Source of the DNA: Candidatus Babelota bacterium
Lineage (GTDB): Bacteria > Babelota > Babeliae > Babelales > Vermiphilaceae
Reading direction: 5' to 3'
NCBI GenBank assembly: GCA_049325595.1
Contig: JBMOLF010000015.1
Coordinates: 1-64,000, forward strand
DNA length: 64,000 nt
A program made the translations under genes and the position numbers. Numbering within the stretch: the stretch's first letter is position 1; each line of letters opens with the position of its first letter. Shown here in pieces: positions 27,318 to 37,636 of the stretch. Under the pieces are notes generated by a model. The model saw only the letters and a list, made by a program, of their open reading frames with translations. It did not search any database and had not been told where the DNA came from.

Positions 27318-28490
27318 ATGAAAAAAATATTATTGTTTTTACTAATTCTTGGAGCAATTTGCTCGAGTAATATTGCTTTTGAAGGACATGGGATAAAAAG
27401 ACCCTTACCGGAAGATTTTGAGCAGCAGGGTAAAGAAAAAAAACAAAAGACCATTCCTACCCCCTGGGTTGAAGTACCATCGTTGAAAATGCAAGCAAAG
27501 GAACTTATTATAAAAAAACTTTTTAATGAGGCAGTTGCGACTTCGCACAGTAAAAAAACATTAGGCTTTTTTGGAGTAAAAAGTTTATTGATTCCTTTTT
27601 TGCTCCAAAATAATCAATTTCTTAAGGAACTTCCCTTCGATTTAATTCAGGATATTTTTTTTCAATTTATCTTAAGGATAGTTTTGATAGGAAATGTTCT
27701 TACCCTTCAAGAAACTAAAGAACTCTTAGAACTCGTATTAGATGAGCAAAAATTACATAAAGAATTTGAAGAATTATGTAAAACAGCAAAGGTAATAATT
27801 CCACAACTTCCCAACAAACAAAAACAGATTTTAACAACAATAAAAAAACTTTTTGTAGAAGATATGATTGATGCTGATCCAAACAATAAAAATACGATTA
27901 TTACCATTAATACCGTTCTTGTTGATGGCAAAACGTTTCTTGCAAAAATAATAGAAATGATATCTTTAAACAATTGGAATACCTACTTTTCTTATGAAGA
28001 AATCGCTATCGAATTGTACTACGATCTATTATTGTTAGGTGCTGATATTAATACATTTATTTATAGTCCTCATTTGAATGCGCCCTTAAGTTTATTTATT
28101 TTGCAGAGAACTAATCAGCCAAAAAAAATGATTAAATTACTCATTGAAGGTGGATTAGATATTAATAGAAGTGATACGGTTAATAATGCCTTATTAACAC
28201 CTTTGCGAATTCTTATACTTCTTGCGCATCCCGATCAATTGCATCGTAAAGGAAGTTTTGACCAAGGGTTTGATTTGGCAACTAGATTAGATGATATTTA
28301 TCAAGCGTTAGTTTTTATAGTTGAGAATAAGAAAATTAAAGAAACAGACCTTGCTATGTATATTGCTGATATACAGGAAAGTAAAAATAGACTCCTATTA
28401 CTTGCTATTGATCAAGAAAAAAAAGATAGATTATTAGCATGGTATGATTCAGTTCGTTCCTTATTAGAACCGGTAAAAACAAACGAATGA
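27318..28490 (+). CDS. Exported protein with bipartite NLS-like motif, BC/F-box-like segment and degenerate ankyrin-like repeats
   Basis: Signal peptide; KRPLPEDFEQQGKEKKQK; VPSLKMQAKELI..LKELPFDLIQDIF; LLLLGADIN, LLIEGGLDIN. Confidence 0.65.
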   Translation: MKKILLFLLILGAICSSNIAFEGHGIKRPLPEDFEQQGKEKKQKTIPTPWVEVPSLKMQAKELIIKKLFNEAVATSHSKKTLGFFGVKSLLIPFLLQNNQFLKELPFDLIQDIFFQFILRIVLIGNVLTLQETKELLELVLDEQKLHKEFEELCKTAKVIIPQLPNKQKQILTTIKKLFVEDMIDADPNNKNTIITINTVLVDGKTFLAKIIEMISLNNWNTYFSYEEIAIELYYDLLLLGADINTFIYSPHLNAPLSLFILQRTNQPKKMIKLLIEGGLDINRSDTVNNALLTPLRILILLAHPDQLHRKGSFDQGFDLATRLDDIYQALVFIVENKKIKETDLAMYIADIQESKNRLLLLAIDQEKKDRLLAWYDSVRSLLEPVKTNE

Positions 28491-28494
28491 ATTA

Positions 28495-29418
28495 TTATTT
28501 TTCCTTTAAATATTTTTCAGCATCAAGAGCAGCCATGCAACCGCTTCCAGCAGCAGTGATAGCTTGGCGATAGCGATAATCAAATACATCTCCTGCTGCA
28601 AAAACACCTTTTATAGAAGTTTTAGTGTGATCTTTTACTACCAGATAACCATAATCATTAAGTTCTAACTGACCTTTAAAAGGCGCAGTGTTTGGCGATA
28701 AGCCAATAGCTACAAACACGGCATCGGCTTTCATTTTTTTAGTTTGATTTGTTTTCTGATTAGTAATAGTAACGTCAGTTACTTTATTGCCATCACCATG
28801 TATTTCGGTTACGGTACTGTCATATATAATAGTTATTTTTTTGTCATCAACGACTCGTTGTTGCATAGCATGGGAAGCGGTTAATTTTGATTTAATATGC
28901 ACGATAGTAATATCATCAGTAAAATTGCGCATAAACGAGGCGTCTTCCATAGCAGTATCGCCCCCACCTACAATTATTACTTTTTTATCTTTAAAAAAAG
29001 CACCATCACAAACCGCGCACGTTGAAACTCCTTTACTCCAATATTCTTTTTCACCTGGGCAACCTAATAATTTTGGGTTAGCGCCAGTAGCAATAATAAT
29101 ACTGCGGGTATGAAATATTTCTTTGCGGGAAGTTGTTATAGTAAAAGGCTGCTTGTCTAATTCAACGTATTCTACGTCACTACTAATAAATTGAGTGCCA
29201 AAATGTTCTGCATGCTTTTTCATATTCATCATCAGCTCAGGACCCATTATGGAAATATTGCCTGGCCAGTTTTCGACTGCCGTGGTATTCATCAATTGTC
29301 CACCCGGTTTTTTTCCTTCTATAACGAGTGGATTAAGATTTGCGCGACTTGCATAAATCGCCGCAGTAAGGCCCGCGGGACCTGAACCTATAATAATAAG
29401 TTGATGTATTTTTTGCAT
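28495..29418 (-). CDS. trxB: Thioredoxin reductase
   Basis: GSGPAGLTAAIY, CAVCDG, GGGDTAMED, GVFAAGDV. Confidence 0.96.
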   Translation of the reverse strand: MQKIHQLIIIGSGPAGLTAAIYASRANLNPLVIEGKKPGGQLMNTTAVENWPGNISIMGPELMMNMKKHAEHFGTQFISSDVEYVELDKQPFTITTSRKEIFHTRSIIIATGANPKLLGCPGEKEYWSKGVSTCAVCDGAFFKDKKVIIVGGGDTAMEDASFMRNFTDDITIVHIKSKLTASHAMQQRVVDDKKITIIYDSTVTEIHGDGNKVTDVTITNQKTNQTKKMKADAVFVAIGLSPNTAPFKGQLELNDYGYLVVKDHTKTSIKGVFAAGDVFDYRYRQAITAAGSGCMAALDAEKYLKEK

Positions 29419-29419
29419 G

Positions 29420-30736
29420 TTATTTCTTAGTTAAATGATAAATAATATGATTGATAGTTTTTTCACGCAGACAAATATGGGCTAATTCAATTGCATTAAC
29501 CGGGAATTCCTGACCATGTATCTTTGTTTGTAATGGATCAAAATAAATAAATTCTTTGGTCCATTTACGTTTAAGCATATTTAAATATGCTTTGATATCT
29601 TGATGGTTAACGGTGATATTTTCATTATAAGCAAGTTGATCCAGTAATAATTTTTCTTTAGTTTGCTTGAGTGCTAATTCTTGTATGCGTTGTTCAAAAT
29701 CTTTTTGAACTCGATATACATAAAAATCAGGATTTGATTGTATAGTAGATAAAATTTCGTGTTGTTGTCTGAGTACTAAGTAATTAGGAACATCAAAACG
29801 GTGTTTTGATAATAGAAGTTTAAGACTTTCTTCGACCATTGCTCTGCGTTGGGAAATATCATTGCGATAAGAAAAAACTTCAATTAATTTTTGATACACT
29901 TCTTTATTAGTTTTTAATTTAAAATGATGCTTAAAATTATCAATGCAAAAATAAGAATGTGCTAACGAATCTTCTATGGTAACTAAAAATTTAGTTTTAT
30001 TATCAATTGAACTACTAAAACATTCATGGAGTTGTTCGTTGTCAGTAATAAAGCTATATCCCTTTTGTTTGTGTAAAAAAAGCTCATGAAAAGGACGATC
30101 TACTTCTTCATCACCGATTTTGAGCCATAGGCTATTTTTTTGATCACCAAAAATGGGAATTCCTTCTTTGGTTATGGGACGAGCAGTAAAATTAACCCAA
30201 TCACCAATGGCAATGGTCCCATCATTATGATTTTCACGCGCTTTTGTTTCTTCTTCAATAAAAGTTTCAACTTGGCGGTCAAGGTCTTTATAATTTTTTC
30301 GTTTGGGAGCCTTAAAAGGGAAATATTTCCAGTCTTGGAATTGAATTGCGGGAAAAACACTAAATTCAAATAAAAAATGTGCATCTTGCCCAGGGATAAT
30401 ATGAGCTTCTTTAAAACGGGGTTCCCCTGCAATTAAGATTTTTTTTCGTGTTAATTCATCAATTAAAAAATAGAGAACAAAATAACGGAGTAAAAACTCT
30501 TTAAGATGATCGATAAGACTTTGTTTAAAGTTTTGTTCTATATATCCTACAGGAGCATTTCCCTTTTGAAATCCATAAGCCTGGACTTCCATTTGTTGGG
30601 TTTTTATCGCGTCCTGGTACAAAGTTGTTACAATTGCTGCAGGAACAATTACTGTTGCTGTTGATAAGCTTGGTTTTGTTTGTTGTATGTCAAGATGGAA
30701 TGCTTCATTAAAAATTTGCTCTTTTTGTATCACCAA
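29420..30736 (-). CDS. tig: Trigger factor (divergent)
   Basis: GFQKGNAP ribosome-binding loop variant, FKBP-like middle (IAIGDWVNF), C-terminal LREKTI..I; typical length. Confidence 0.7.
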   Translation of the reverse strand: MVIQKEQIFNEAFHLDIQQTKPSLSTATVIVPAAIVTTLYQDAIKTQQMEVQAYGFQKGNAPVGYIEQNFKQSLIDHLKEFLLRYFVLYFLIDELTRKKILIAGEPRFKEAHIIPGQDAHFLFEFSVFPAIQFQDWKYFPFKAPKRKNYKDLDRQVETFIEEETKARENHNDGTIAIGDWVNFTARPITKEGIPIFGDQKNSLWLKIGDEEVDRPFHELFLHKQKGYSFITDNEQLHECFSSSIDNKTKFLVTIEDSLAHSYFCIDNFKHHFKLKTNKEVYQKLIEVFSYRNDISQRRAMVEESLKLLLSKHRFDVPNYLVLRQQHEILSTIQSNPDFYVYRVQKDFEQRIQELALKQTKEKLLLDQLAYNENITVNHQDIKAYLNMLKRKWTKEFIYFDPLQTKIHGQEFPVNAIELAHICLREKTINHIIYHLTKK

Positions 30737-30757
30737 AATTCTCCTTTTTTAGGTGAT

Positions 30758-30845
30758 TGGTGCAAGAGAAGGGACTCGAACCCCCACTCCTTATTAGGGA
30801 ACTGGATCCTAAGTCCAGCGCGTCTACCAATTCCGCCACTCTTGC
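30758..30845 (-). tRNA. tRNA-Leu (anticodon TAG)
   Basis: GCAAGAGTGGCGGAATTGGTAGACGCGCTGGACTTAGGATCCAG...GGTTCGAGTCCCTTCTCTTGCACCA; long variable arm, encoded CCA. Confidence 0.95.
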
Positions 30846-30851
30846 AATTTT

Positions 30852-30927
30852 TGGTGGGCTGCCTTGGAATCGAACCAAGAACCCACAGATTAAGAGTCTG
30901 TTGCTCTGCCAATTGAGCTAGCAGCCC
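30852..30927 (-). tRNA. tRNA-Lys (anticodon CTT)
   Basis: GGGCTGCTAGCTCAATTGGCAGAGCAACAGACTCTTAATCTGTGGGTTCTTGGTTCGATTCCAAGGCAGCCCACCA, 76 nt. Confidence 0.95.
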
Positions 30928-31014
30928 AGGTCTACTCTAAATATTTCAAAATATGAAGCAGTTTACCATAATCACAAATAAAATAAAGCATATTTTTTAT
31001 AAGTGATTACCTAA

Positions 31015-31599
31015 TTATACGGTTTTTATATCTTTTTCTTTCTTTTCAGCTAAAACTTCAGCTTGTTTGATATATTTATCAGTAATATCTTGAAGTATAT
31101 CACCAAGACGGCTGAAAAAATTTTCAGAAATAAGCTTATCTTTTTTTGCATCTCGAATAAAGTTATTAAAATCTCTTCGTACGTTGCGAATAGAGACACG
31201 ACACTCTTCTAACTTTTTACCCAAGATTTTAATAAGTTCATCGCGTCGAGTAGAACTCATTTCTGGTAATTGAATACGAATAATTTTACCATCATTTATG
31301 GGAGTTACGCCTAAATCTGAATTTAAAATTGCTTTTTCAATGGCATCGATAATAGTAGGATCCCATGGTTGTATAGTCAATAATTTCGCTTCTGGGGCTG
31401 ATAATACAGCAAGTTGCTTAAGGGGCGCTATATTGCCATAAGCGGTAACCATTACATCTTCGATTAAAGAAGTATGCGCACGTCCCGTTCTAATTTTAAT
31501 TAATTCCCCTTCAAAATGCTTAATGGGTTTTTGCATTTCTTGTTCGAGGTTATTTTGAAAGCCTTTGCTATCATTTTCGGTAATAGTTAATTTTAACAT
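31015..31599 (-). CDS. frr: Ribosome recycling factor
   Basis: IRTGRAH, LTIQPWD, DLGVTPINDG.IIRI.LP, RVSIRNVRRD. Confidence 0.95.
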   Translation of the reverse strand: MLKLTITENDSKGFQNNLEQEMQKPIKHFEGELIKIRTGRAHTSLIEDVMVTAYGNIAPLKQLAVLSAPEAKLLTIQPWDPTIIDAIEKAILNSDLGVTPINDGKIIRIQLPEMSSTRRDELIKILGKKLEECRVSIRNVRRDFNNFIRDAKKDKLISENFFSRLGDILQDITDKYIKQAEVLAEKKEKDIKTV

Positions 31600-31612
31600 A
31601 AGTGTATTCCTT

Positions 31613-32323
31613 TTATTCGATTGTGCTGCCAAAATCAGGATTCTGAGCTGCCTGAATCAAGGCTTCTGGTTCAAAAATTGAAAAAATTCTCACAATTTTT
31701 TTATGTGTAGATGCCAATGCAAAAGCAGTAGCATCCATAATGCCTAGTTTTTTTTCTAATGCAGTGTTATAGGAAACATGTTTGATGAGTTTAGCAGATG
31801 GATTTTTTTTAGGATCAGTATCATATACGCCATCTATATGAGTTCCTTTCCAAATTTCATCAGCTTGAATCTGTAATCCTCGTAAAATTGCAGTAGTGTC
31901 GGTAGTAAAAAATGGATTGCCTGTACCGCCGGCAAAAATTATAATTTTACCTAGATCTAAAGCAGCACTAATAGTTTGTTGGGAAATAGCAGAACCCACT
32001 TCAGGGCAGTCTATCGCAGATAAAACGGTAGCGGGTAAATTATTGTTTTCAAAAAGATCTTTAATAAGCAAAGCATTCATCATGGTAGCAAGCATACCAA
32101 CTTGATGTGCGACTGAAGGGGATATACCTAAAGTTGCGCCTTGTTGAGATCCACGAAAAAAATTACCCCCTCCTATTACAATACCAAACTGGTGGGTATG
32201 CTGCAGGTATTTAATTTGATGAATAAGATTTAATAAAACCGTATTATCAAGTGAGCGAGAAACGGGTGAAAGAAAAACTTCACCCGTTAGCTTTAATAAT
32301 ATTTTTTTTGCGGTGCGTTGCAT
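31613..32323 (-). CDS. pyrH: Uridylate kinase
   Basis: ILLKLTGE, IGGGNFFRG, GTGNPFFTTDT. Confidence 0.95.
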   Translation of the reverse strand: MQRTAKKILLKLTGEVFLSPVSRSLDNTVLLNLIHQIKYLQHTHQFGIVIGGGNFFRGSQQGATLGISPSVAHQVGMLATMMNALLIKDLFENNNLPATVLSAIDCPEVGSAISQQTISAALDLGKIIIFAGGTGNPFFTTDTTAILRGLQIQADEIWKGTHIDGVYDTDPKKNPSAKLIKHVSYNTALEKKLGIMDATAFALASTHKKIVRIFSIFEPEALIQAAQNPDFGSTIE

Positions 32324-32347
32324 GAACCGATCCCTTACGAGTACCGT

Positions 32348-32944
32348 TTATGCGCCTATCTCATAACGTGTAAAACGCTTAATTTGAATTTTCTCACCAG
32401 TTTTTGCAATCAATTCTTGGATGATTTGGTCAACGGTAAATTGATCATTTTTAACAAATGGTTGATTGAGTAAACAAATTTCTGAATAAAGTTTTTGTAG
32501 TTTACCTTCAAGAATCTTGTCGATGAACTTTTCAGCTTTACCAGATTGAACAAGTTGTTCTTTTAAAATAGAGCGTTCATGTTCTAAGAATTTTTCATCA
32601 ACTTCTGAAGGCGAAAGATACAAAGGTTTTAAAGCAGCAATATGCATGCATAAATCAGTAGCAAATTGTTTTAATGCTTCAGTACGTGCAACAAAGTCGG
32701 TTTCGCAATTAATTTCTACTAATACACCTACTTGGTTACCTGGATGAATATATGCTTGAACGATTCCTTCAGTAGTTGTTTTTTCTGCGCGTTTAGCAGC
32801 AACTAAAGCACCTTTTTTGCGAAGAAGATCAACCGCTTGTTCAAGATTGCCGTCAGTTTCTTCTAACGCTTTTTTGCAATCCATCATACCAAGGCCTGTT
32901 CTTTCACGTAATTGTTGAATAAGGGCTATATCTATTTTTGCCAT
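32348..32944 (-). CDS. tsf: Elongation factor Ts (short form)
   Basis: LRERTGLGMMDCKKAL, EINCETDFVAR. Confidence 0.96.
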   Translation of the reverse strand: MAKIDIALIQQLRERTGLGMMDCKKALEETDGNLEQAVDLLRKKGALVAAKRAEKTTTEGIVQAYIHPGNQVGVLVEINCETDFVARTEALKQFATDLCMHIAALKPLYLSPSEVDEKFLEHERSILKEQLVQSGKAEKFIDKILEGKLQKLYSEICLLNQPFVKNDQFTVDQIIQELIAKTGEKIQIKRFTRYEIGA

Positions 32945-33053
32945 AAGGTGCTCCCTGAGGAATATAACAATAAAGGTTTTTATTTGTTAGTGTGCCAAAA
33001 ATCAATTTTTTATCAATAAAGTATACCATAAAAATCGAGTAACCTTATTTCTA

Positions 33054-33416
33054 TTAATTTTCTTGCACCATATTCTCCTGTGCTGACTGCGGTCTTTTAA
33101 ATTCTATAAGTTCATTAAGGCTTTTTTTAATTTCACTTAATTCATTTTTTATCTCTTGTAACAATTGTGTATTATAATCAGTTGCTGGTGCTGGTATTGA
33201 AGGAATCTTTTCATTTTCATTTAAATCATCCTCTTGTTCCTCTTCGTCATCTTCTTCCTGATCTTCAGGTGGCATAGTTGGCTGCAAGTTTTTTTGTGAT
33301 ACTTCCTTATTTGCAGTAGGGCTACTTATATCGGCTGGCAAAGGCATATCTTCATTCATGGTGTATATAAATGATCCTGAAAATAATAACCCTATACAAA
33401 AATAAATATGTTTCAT
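33054..33416 (-). CDS. Hypothetical exported acidic protein with coiled coil
   Basis: Signal peptide, poly-D/E tract, heptad-like LLQEIKNELSEIKKSLNEL. Confidence 0.65.
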   Translation of the reverse strand: MKHIYFCIGLLFSGSFIYTMNEDMPLPADISSPTANKEVSQKNLQPTMPPEDQEEDDEEEQEDDLNENEKIPSIPAPATDYNTQLLQEIKNELSEIKKSLNELIEFKRPQSAQENMVQEN

Positions 33417-33429
33417 GTAATTTCCTTTA

Positions 33430-36162
33430 TTATTCAAGTGAAATAATTCCTTGTGATGTTCCTAACAATAATAATCCGGTAGCGCCAATTTGTTTTACCC
33501 AATTAATGGTGCGAGTTGATGTAACTATGGGTGTTATAATGATTGTTTGGTTTGGCGAGCTAATGCGCCAATCAAGTGTATCATAGGGCAATGAAAATAA
33601 AGAATTTCCTTTGCAACACCCATTAGCGGTCGTTACAAATAATCGACGATTTCCATCAGTCCAGAAATAATGTATTGCTGGCAATATGGCAAAGGCAGGG
33701 TTGGTTAATTGTTCTTTGCTAATAAAATAAAGAGGAATAAATTCATAAGGTAACAAGCTTGTTGTACCATTTAATTGATCGATGCTTCCATTTTCAAAGG
33801 TATGAAGTGTAGATTGTGTTTGAATACTAAATGGCCAAATGGTTGTAGACTGAGTGATTGGTAATGAGCTATCAATTCCCGCAATGCCATTAAAAAATGA
33901 CGTATTGTTGGAGATAAATGTCCAACCGGCAGTTGTTTGATTGATTGCAAGTGCAACGCCTCCCGGGGTTGTAGAGCGATATAGCCCCCTATTGGTTGCA
34001 ACTACTAATTGATTTTCTATAAATTGAATGGCAGTAAAAAGTCTTGTTGAGGTTAATGAGCTTGTCATTGTTTGTGCTATAATAACGGGACTTGCAAACA
34101 TAGTGTTAATGTTGGTGGTATAGCTAATGCTATATAGAGTGCTTTTAAATAAATTAATAGCATCAAATTCTCTGGTTAACACATATAATTGGCTTCCATC
34201 ACTTTTCACGTCAATGATTGAACCAGGAATAGTGGTTATTTTATGCCATCGACCATTAAATGGTGGCGCATTTAAAGAACCTAATTGTGAAACTAAAAAT
34301 CCGTTACCATTATTATCGGCAAATGCATACAATCCTTGTTCGGTTCCAGCAAAAAAATAATTAGAAGAACCTTCTGCTAGCAATCTACGAGAATATTCTA
34401 AAGATGTTACCGTTCCTGCCTGTCCTGGTAAATTAGTTATTACATAATTGCTAGGACTAGAATAATCACTCGTGATTATTTGAGGACTATTTACTGTCGT
34501 TGATATTCCTCTGCTTACTAAAGCAAATGCAACAATTTGATGTCCTCCAAACAATGCATAACGTGCGTGGGTATTACCAGAAAATCCTCTGGTTGCCTGA
34601 TCAAGGTCCAAAACTGAACAGCTGCCCGATTTACAGGTATTACCAAAGGTTGTATTTAAGGTATTAAGTAATGAACCGGCAATATTATTGCTGCTGCTCC
34701 ATGAATTAGTGCGAACAATTTGTTGTGTTTGTCCATCGACTGCCCAAATGGTGCTCGTTACCGCATCAACATCAAAAAACGAAATACCGGTGCTTGTATC
34801 TGTGGTTGGCGGAAATGCTCGTTTGGTCCATGGTGTCCATCCGGCAATTTTGCCATCTTGGTCAAATAGTGCTTGTGAATAAAATATGCCGCTATCGCTT
34901 GTCGTTGTTGTTGCTGTTGCAATTGAAATATAGACCGTATCGCCTGATACAACCATATCAAAAATATCGCCATTTGCCGCTAAAGGTACCGTAGTTGCAC
35001 CTACAATTGCAAACGTATCGGTATCATTGGCAAGTTCTCCGGCAGCAGTAGCTGGCTGAGTAAAAGTAAATTGAGGCGATAAGGGACTATTTTTGTTAGC
35101 CAATGTTCCATGAGAAGCGCTATCAAGTGGATTATCAACTAATGGCAACGCCCAAACGGTATTTCCTAATCCTCCTTGAATAATTAAATAGCTTGGGCCG
35201 GTACTGGTGTGCATTATGCCCATTTTTTTTATGGTAATTGGTTGATTTGATTGTTTAGTAACAATAAATTCATTAATGGCGCCCGCAGATATTGCTGAAT
35301 CAGGCGTAATTGGCACTAAGGTAAGAGCGTCATTAAGAGTATTAGTAAACCCAAGAGTTACTGCTTTACCAACTTCTCCTGCATTGACATCGGTACTAAT
35401 ACGAAATCCAAAATATACGCGTTGCAGTTGCTCGTCCCATAGCGTAACTACTTGATTAGTGTTTGACCCGGTTTGAAAAATAACAGGATCAGTTCCAGCT
35501 CCGCGTAATTCAACACTCGTTGCATTAAGAGGCAAAGCTAAATTACCAATAGATCCGGTAGTTGCATCAAGAACAGATATAGTGGGTGGCGGCATAGGAA
35601 CAGTATTACTAGTAGAAGGTGTTAATGAAGCAAGCGCTATTCCGCTACCAGTGGCACCAAAATTTCCTCCATTAGGACGTACGGGCGCAAATACAAAAGA
35701 ATCGCTTGCTGCAAGTCCTACTATGCCTGCTGTAAGATTGCCATTTGCGTCATTAAGGGTACCAGAGTTGTTTAATGTTCCGGCACTATTGGCAACGTTA
35801 AAATTTGTTTGACTGAAAGGATTAGTATTCAGCGTTGAAAAAACTAAATTAGGTTGTGTATTGCCAATAAAAGTAGAAAGGGTCAAAAATTCAATAGTAG
35901 CACCAGATACGTTGGTTCCTATTGCTGTTGCAACTGGTGTGGTTGATCCATTAAACCGAGCAATTTTATTAAGAGAAAAAGCAGCTCCTCCAGCTAACCC
36001 AAGAAATAAAGTTCCTGTGGCATGATCGTAGACTTTAGTAGTAACGGGGACAGTAAAAGTAAAAGAACTAGAAGTTCCTGCATTGCCAATGACAGTTATG
36101 GTTGCTAATGCTGGGGATGATATGAACAAAAGAGCGATTAATATATAACGTACACACTTCAT
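33430..36162 (-). CDS. Large exported Thr/Ser/Gly/Asn-rich beta-structure (surface) protein
   Basis: 910 aa, signal peptide (PALA-T), beta-propeller-like motifs (AGTEQGLY, ATNRGLYRS, LGTSQGI). Confidence 0.7.
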   Translation of the reverse strand: MKCVRYILIALLFISSPALATITVIGNAGTSSSFTFTVPVTTKVYDHATGTLFLGLAGGAAFSLNKIARFNGSTTPVATAIGTNVSGATIEFLTLSTFIGNTQPNLVFSTLNTNPFSQTNFNVANSAGTLNNSGTLNDANGNLTAGIVGLAASDSFVFAPVRPNGGNFGATGSGIALASLTPSTSNTVPMPPPTISVLDATTGSIGNLALPLNATSVELRGAGTDPVIFQTGSNTNQVVTLWDEQLQRVYFGFRISTDVNAGEVGKAVTLGFTNTLNDALTLVPITPDSAISAGAINEFIVTKQSNQPITIKKMGIMHTSTGPSYLIIQGGLGNTVWALPLVDNPLDSASHGTLANKNSPLSPQFTFTQPATAAGELANDTDTFAIVGATTVPLAANGDIFDMVVSGDTVYISIATATTTTSDSGIFYSQALFDQDGKIAGWTPWTKRAFPPTTDTSTGISFFDVDAVTSTIWAVDGQTQQIVRTNSWSSSNNIAGSLLNTLNTTFGNTCKSGSCSVLDLDQATRGFSGNTHARYALFGGHQIVAFALVSRGISTTVNSPQIITSDYSSPSNYVITNLPGQAGTVTSLEYSRRLLAEGSSNYFFAGTEQGLYAFADNNGNGFLVSQLGSLNAPPFNGRWHKITTIPGSIIDVKSDGSQLYVLTREFDAINLFKSTLYSISYTTNINTMFASPVIIAQTMTSSLTSTRLFTAIQFIENQLVVATNRGLYRSTTPGGVALAINQTTAGWTFISNNTSFFNGIAGIDSSLPITQSTTIWPFSIQTQSTLHTFENGSIDQLNGTTSLLPYEFIPLYFISKEQLTNPAFAILPAIHYFWTDGNRRLFVTTANGCCKGNSLFSLPYDTLDWRISSPNQTIIITPIVTSTRTINWVKQIGATGLLLLGTSQGIISLE

Positions 36163-36175
36163 TACAAGTTCCTTA

Positions 36176-37489
36176 TTAGAAAGTCCAGCTGAATTCTATA
36201 CCAAAATTGCCACCATATAAATTTGTTGCAAATACTCGTTTACCTCCTAATTGTTTTTGAATGAAGGCGCCAAGTCGTGGACCTACGCAATGTGAAGGTT
36301 TGGTAAAATCATATTCCACCATAAAATGAAGTGTGTGCATATTCCAACCAAAAAACTGTTGATCGGTAGCGACTGTACAGGTTGAAAAGAACGCGTTATT
36401 TAATGAACAGGGTGAAAAATGATTATTGCTAGGAGTAACTTGATCAGCATTTTTATTAACAAAGGTATAACCAAATAAGAAGGAAAGTCCTTTTATTACA
36501 TGATCAGCTTTTACATATGCCGATGCTTGCCAAATCGGTCCAGGATTTATGCAGGCGCATCCGGTTGCTAATTTGATAAATCCGTTTTGGCAAGCATCTG
36601 TTTTTAATGCAATATCACGTTTTGTTGGGGCAAAAGGTAATACTCCTAAAAAAGTTCCTAAGGTAAGCCAATCATAGACACCAACGGCAAAACTAATACT
36701 CATTGGTATTCCCCATTGACCATTATAACCCAGAGGTATATCAAATACCCGTTCAGGTTTAGTTTTTGCAGAAGTTGGTATTAATAATCCTACACGTAAA
36801 CTTAAATCAATAAAGTCTAATTCTTCAGTTTCTTCATAGTTTAATCCCCAACCAGCAATAATGACCAAATCCCCAACTCCTTTTTTGCTAAAGCCGCTAA
36901 TAGATCGGTGATATTGCTTGAATAGAGGACATAAATTAGCAAGTAAGGTTTGCCAAATCGGACTTGCTTGATTTACGCAACATGAATCAGATGATGAAAT
37001 ATCGCAATAGGTTACATCAGATATTTTTATCCATCGTATTGGTAAATGTACTTGAGAAAAAAAACCACAAATATAATTTTGGGTCCATGTGAGGGCACTG
37101 TCAAAAATACTAAATCGACCATCAAATAATAAACATCCAAAGTTGCATGAACGGGGTAATAAGGCTAATTGAGTAAGAGTAATATCAAAAGGATCGCTTA
37201 AATCTTTTAGTGGTAATCCTGCTCCTAGTAATTGCATGTTTTGAGGACCATGAATGCTAAGCAGTGGCACCAAGCACCCCTCTCCATTACGCGCCTTAGA
37301 CGTAGCGCCTCCCGAAACGACAATGTCAAGTGAACTTAGTCCATTTTTAACAATTCGTGGTTCTTGTAAGGCAGGAAAAAACTGTGTAGCAGCATAAAAT
37401 TGGGGGTTATCCATACCAACTAAGGTATAGGGGACATTAAAGAGATAAAAAAATAAGAAAATTTTTTTTATATATATCTTCATCTGCAT
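36176..37489 (-). CDS. Putative outer-membrane beta-barrel protein, Cys-rich
   Basis: Signal peptide, alternating amphipathic strands, C-terminal GIEFSWTF with terminal Phe. Confidence 0.55.
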   Translation of the reverse strand: MQMKIYIKKIFLFFYLFNVPYTLVGMDNPQFYAATQFFPALQEPRIVKNGLSSLDIVVSGGATSKARNGEGCLVPLLSIHGPQNMQLLGAGLPLKDLSDPFDITLTQLALLPRSCNFGCLLFDGRFSIFDSALTWTQNYICGFFSQVHLPIRWIKISDVTYCDISSSDSCCVNQASPIWQTLLANLCPLFKQYHRSISGFSKKGVGDLVIIAGWGLNYEETEELDFIDLSLRVGLLIPTSAKTKPERVFDIPLGYNGQWGIPMSISFAVGVYDWLTLGTFLGVLPFAPTKRDIALKTDACQNGFIKLATGCACINPGPIWQASAYVKADHVIKGLSFLFGYTFVNKNADQVTPSNNHFSPCSLNNAFFSTCTVATDQQFFGWNMHTLHFMVEYDFTKPSHCVGPRLGAFIQKQLGGKRVFATNLYGGNFGIEFSWTF

Positions 37490-37636
37490 GCATCCTTTTT
37501 TTGACCGTGCTCAAACTTGAATTATTGTATCTTCCTACTTATAGAAAAAATAGATCAAAAAGAAAAGACCATAGATCGCGCTCCTGACTTTTTTTGATAT
37601 ACTAAATAGGAAAGACTATATCTTAGGGAGACATTT

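Noticed and set aside
30680..30916. ORF-track ORFs 30680..30916 and 30730..30912
   Set aside because: They are translations across the two tRNA genes.
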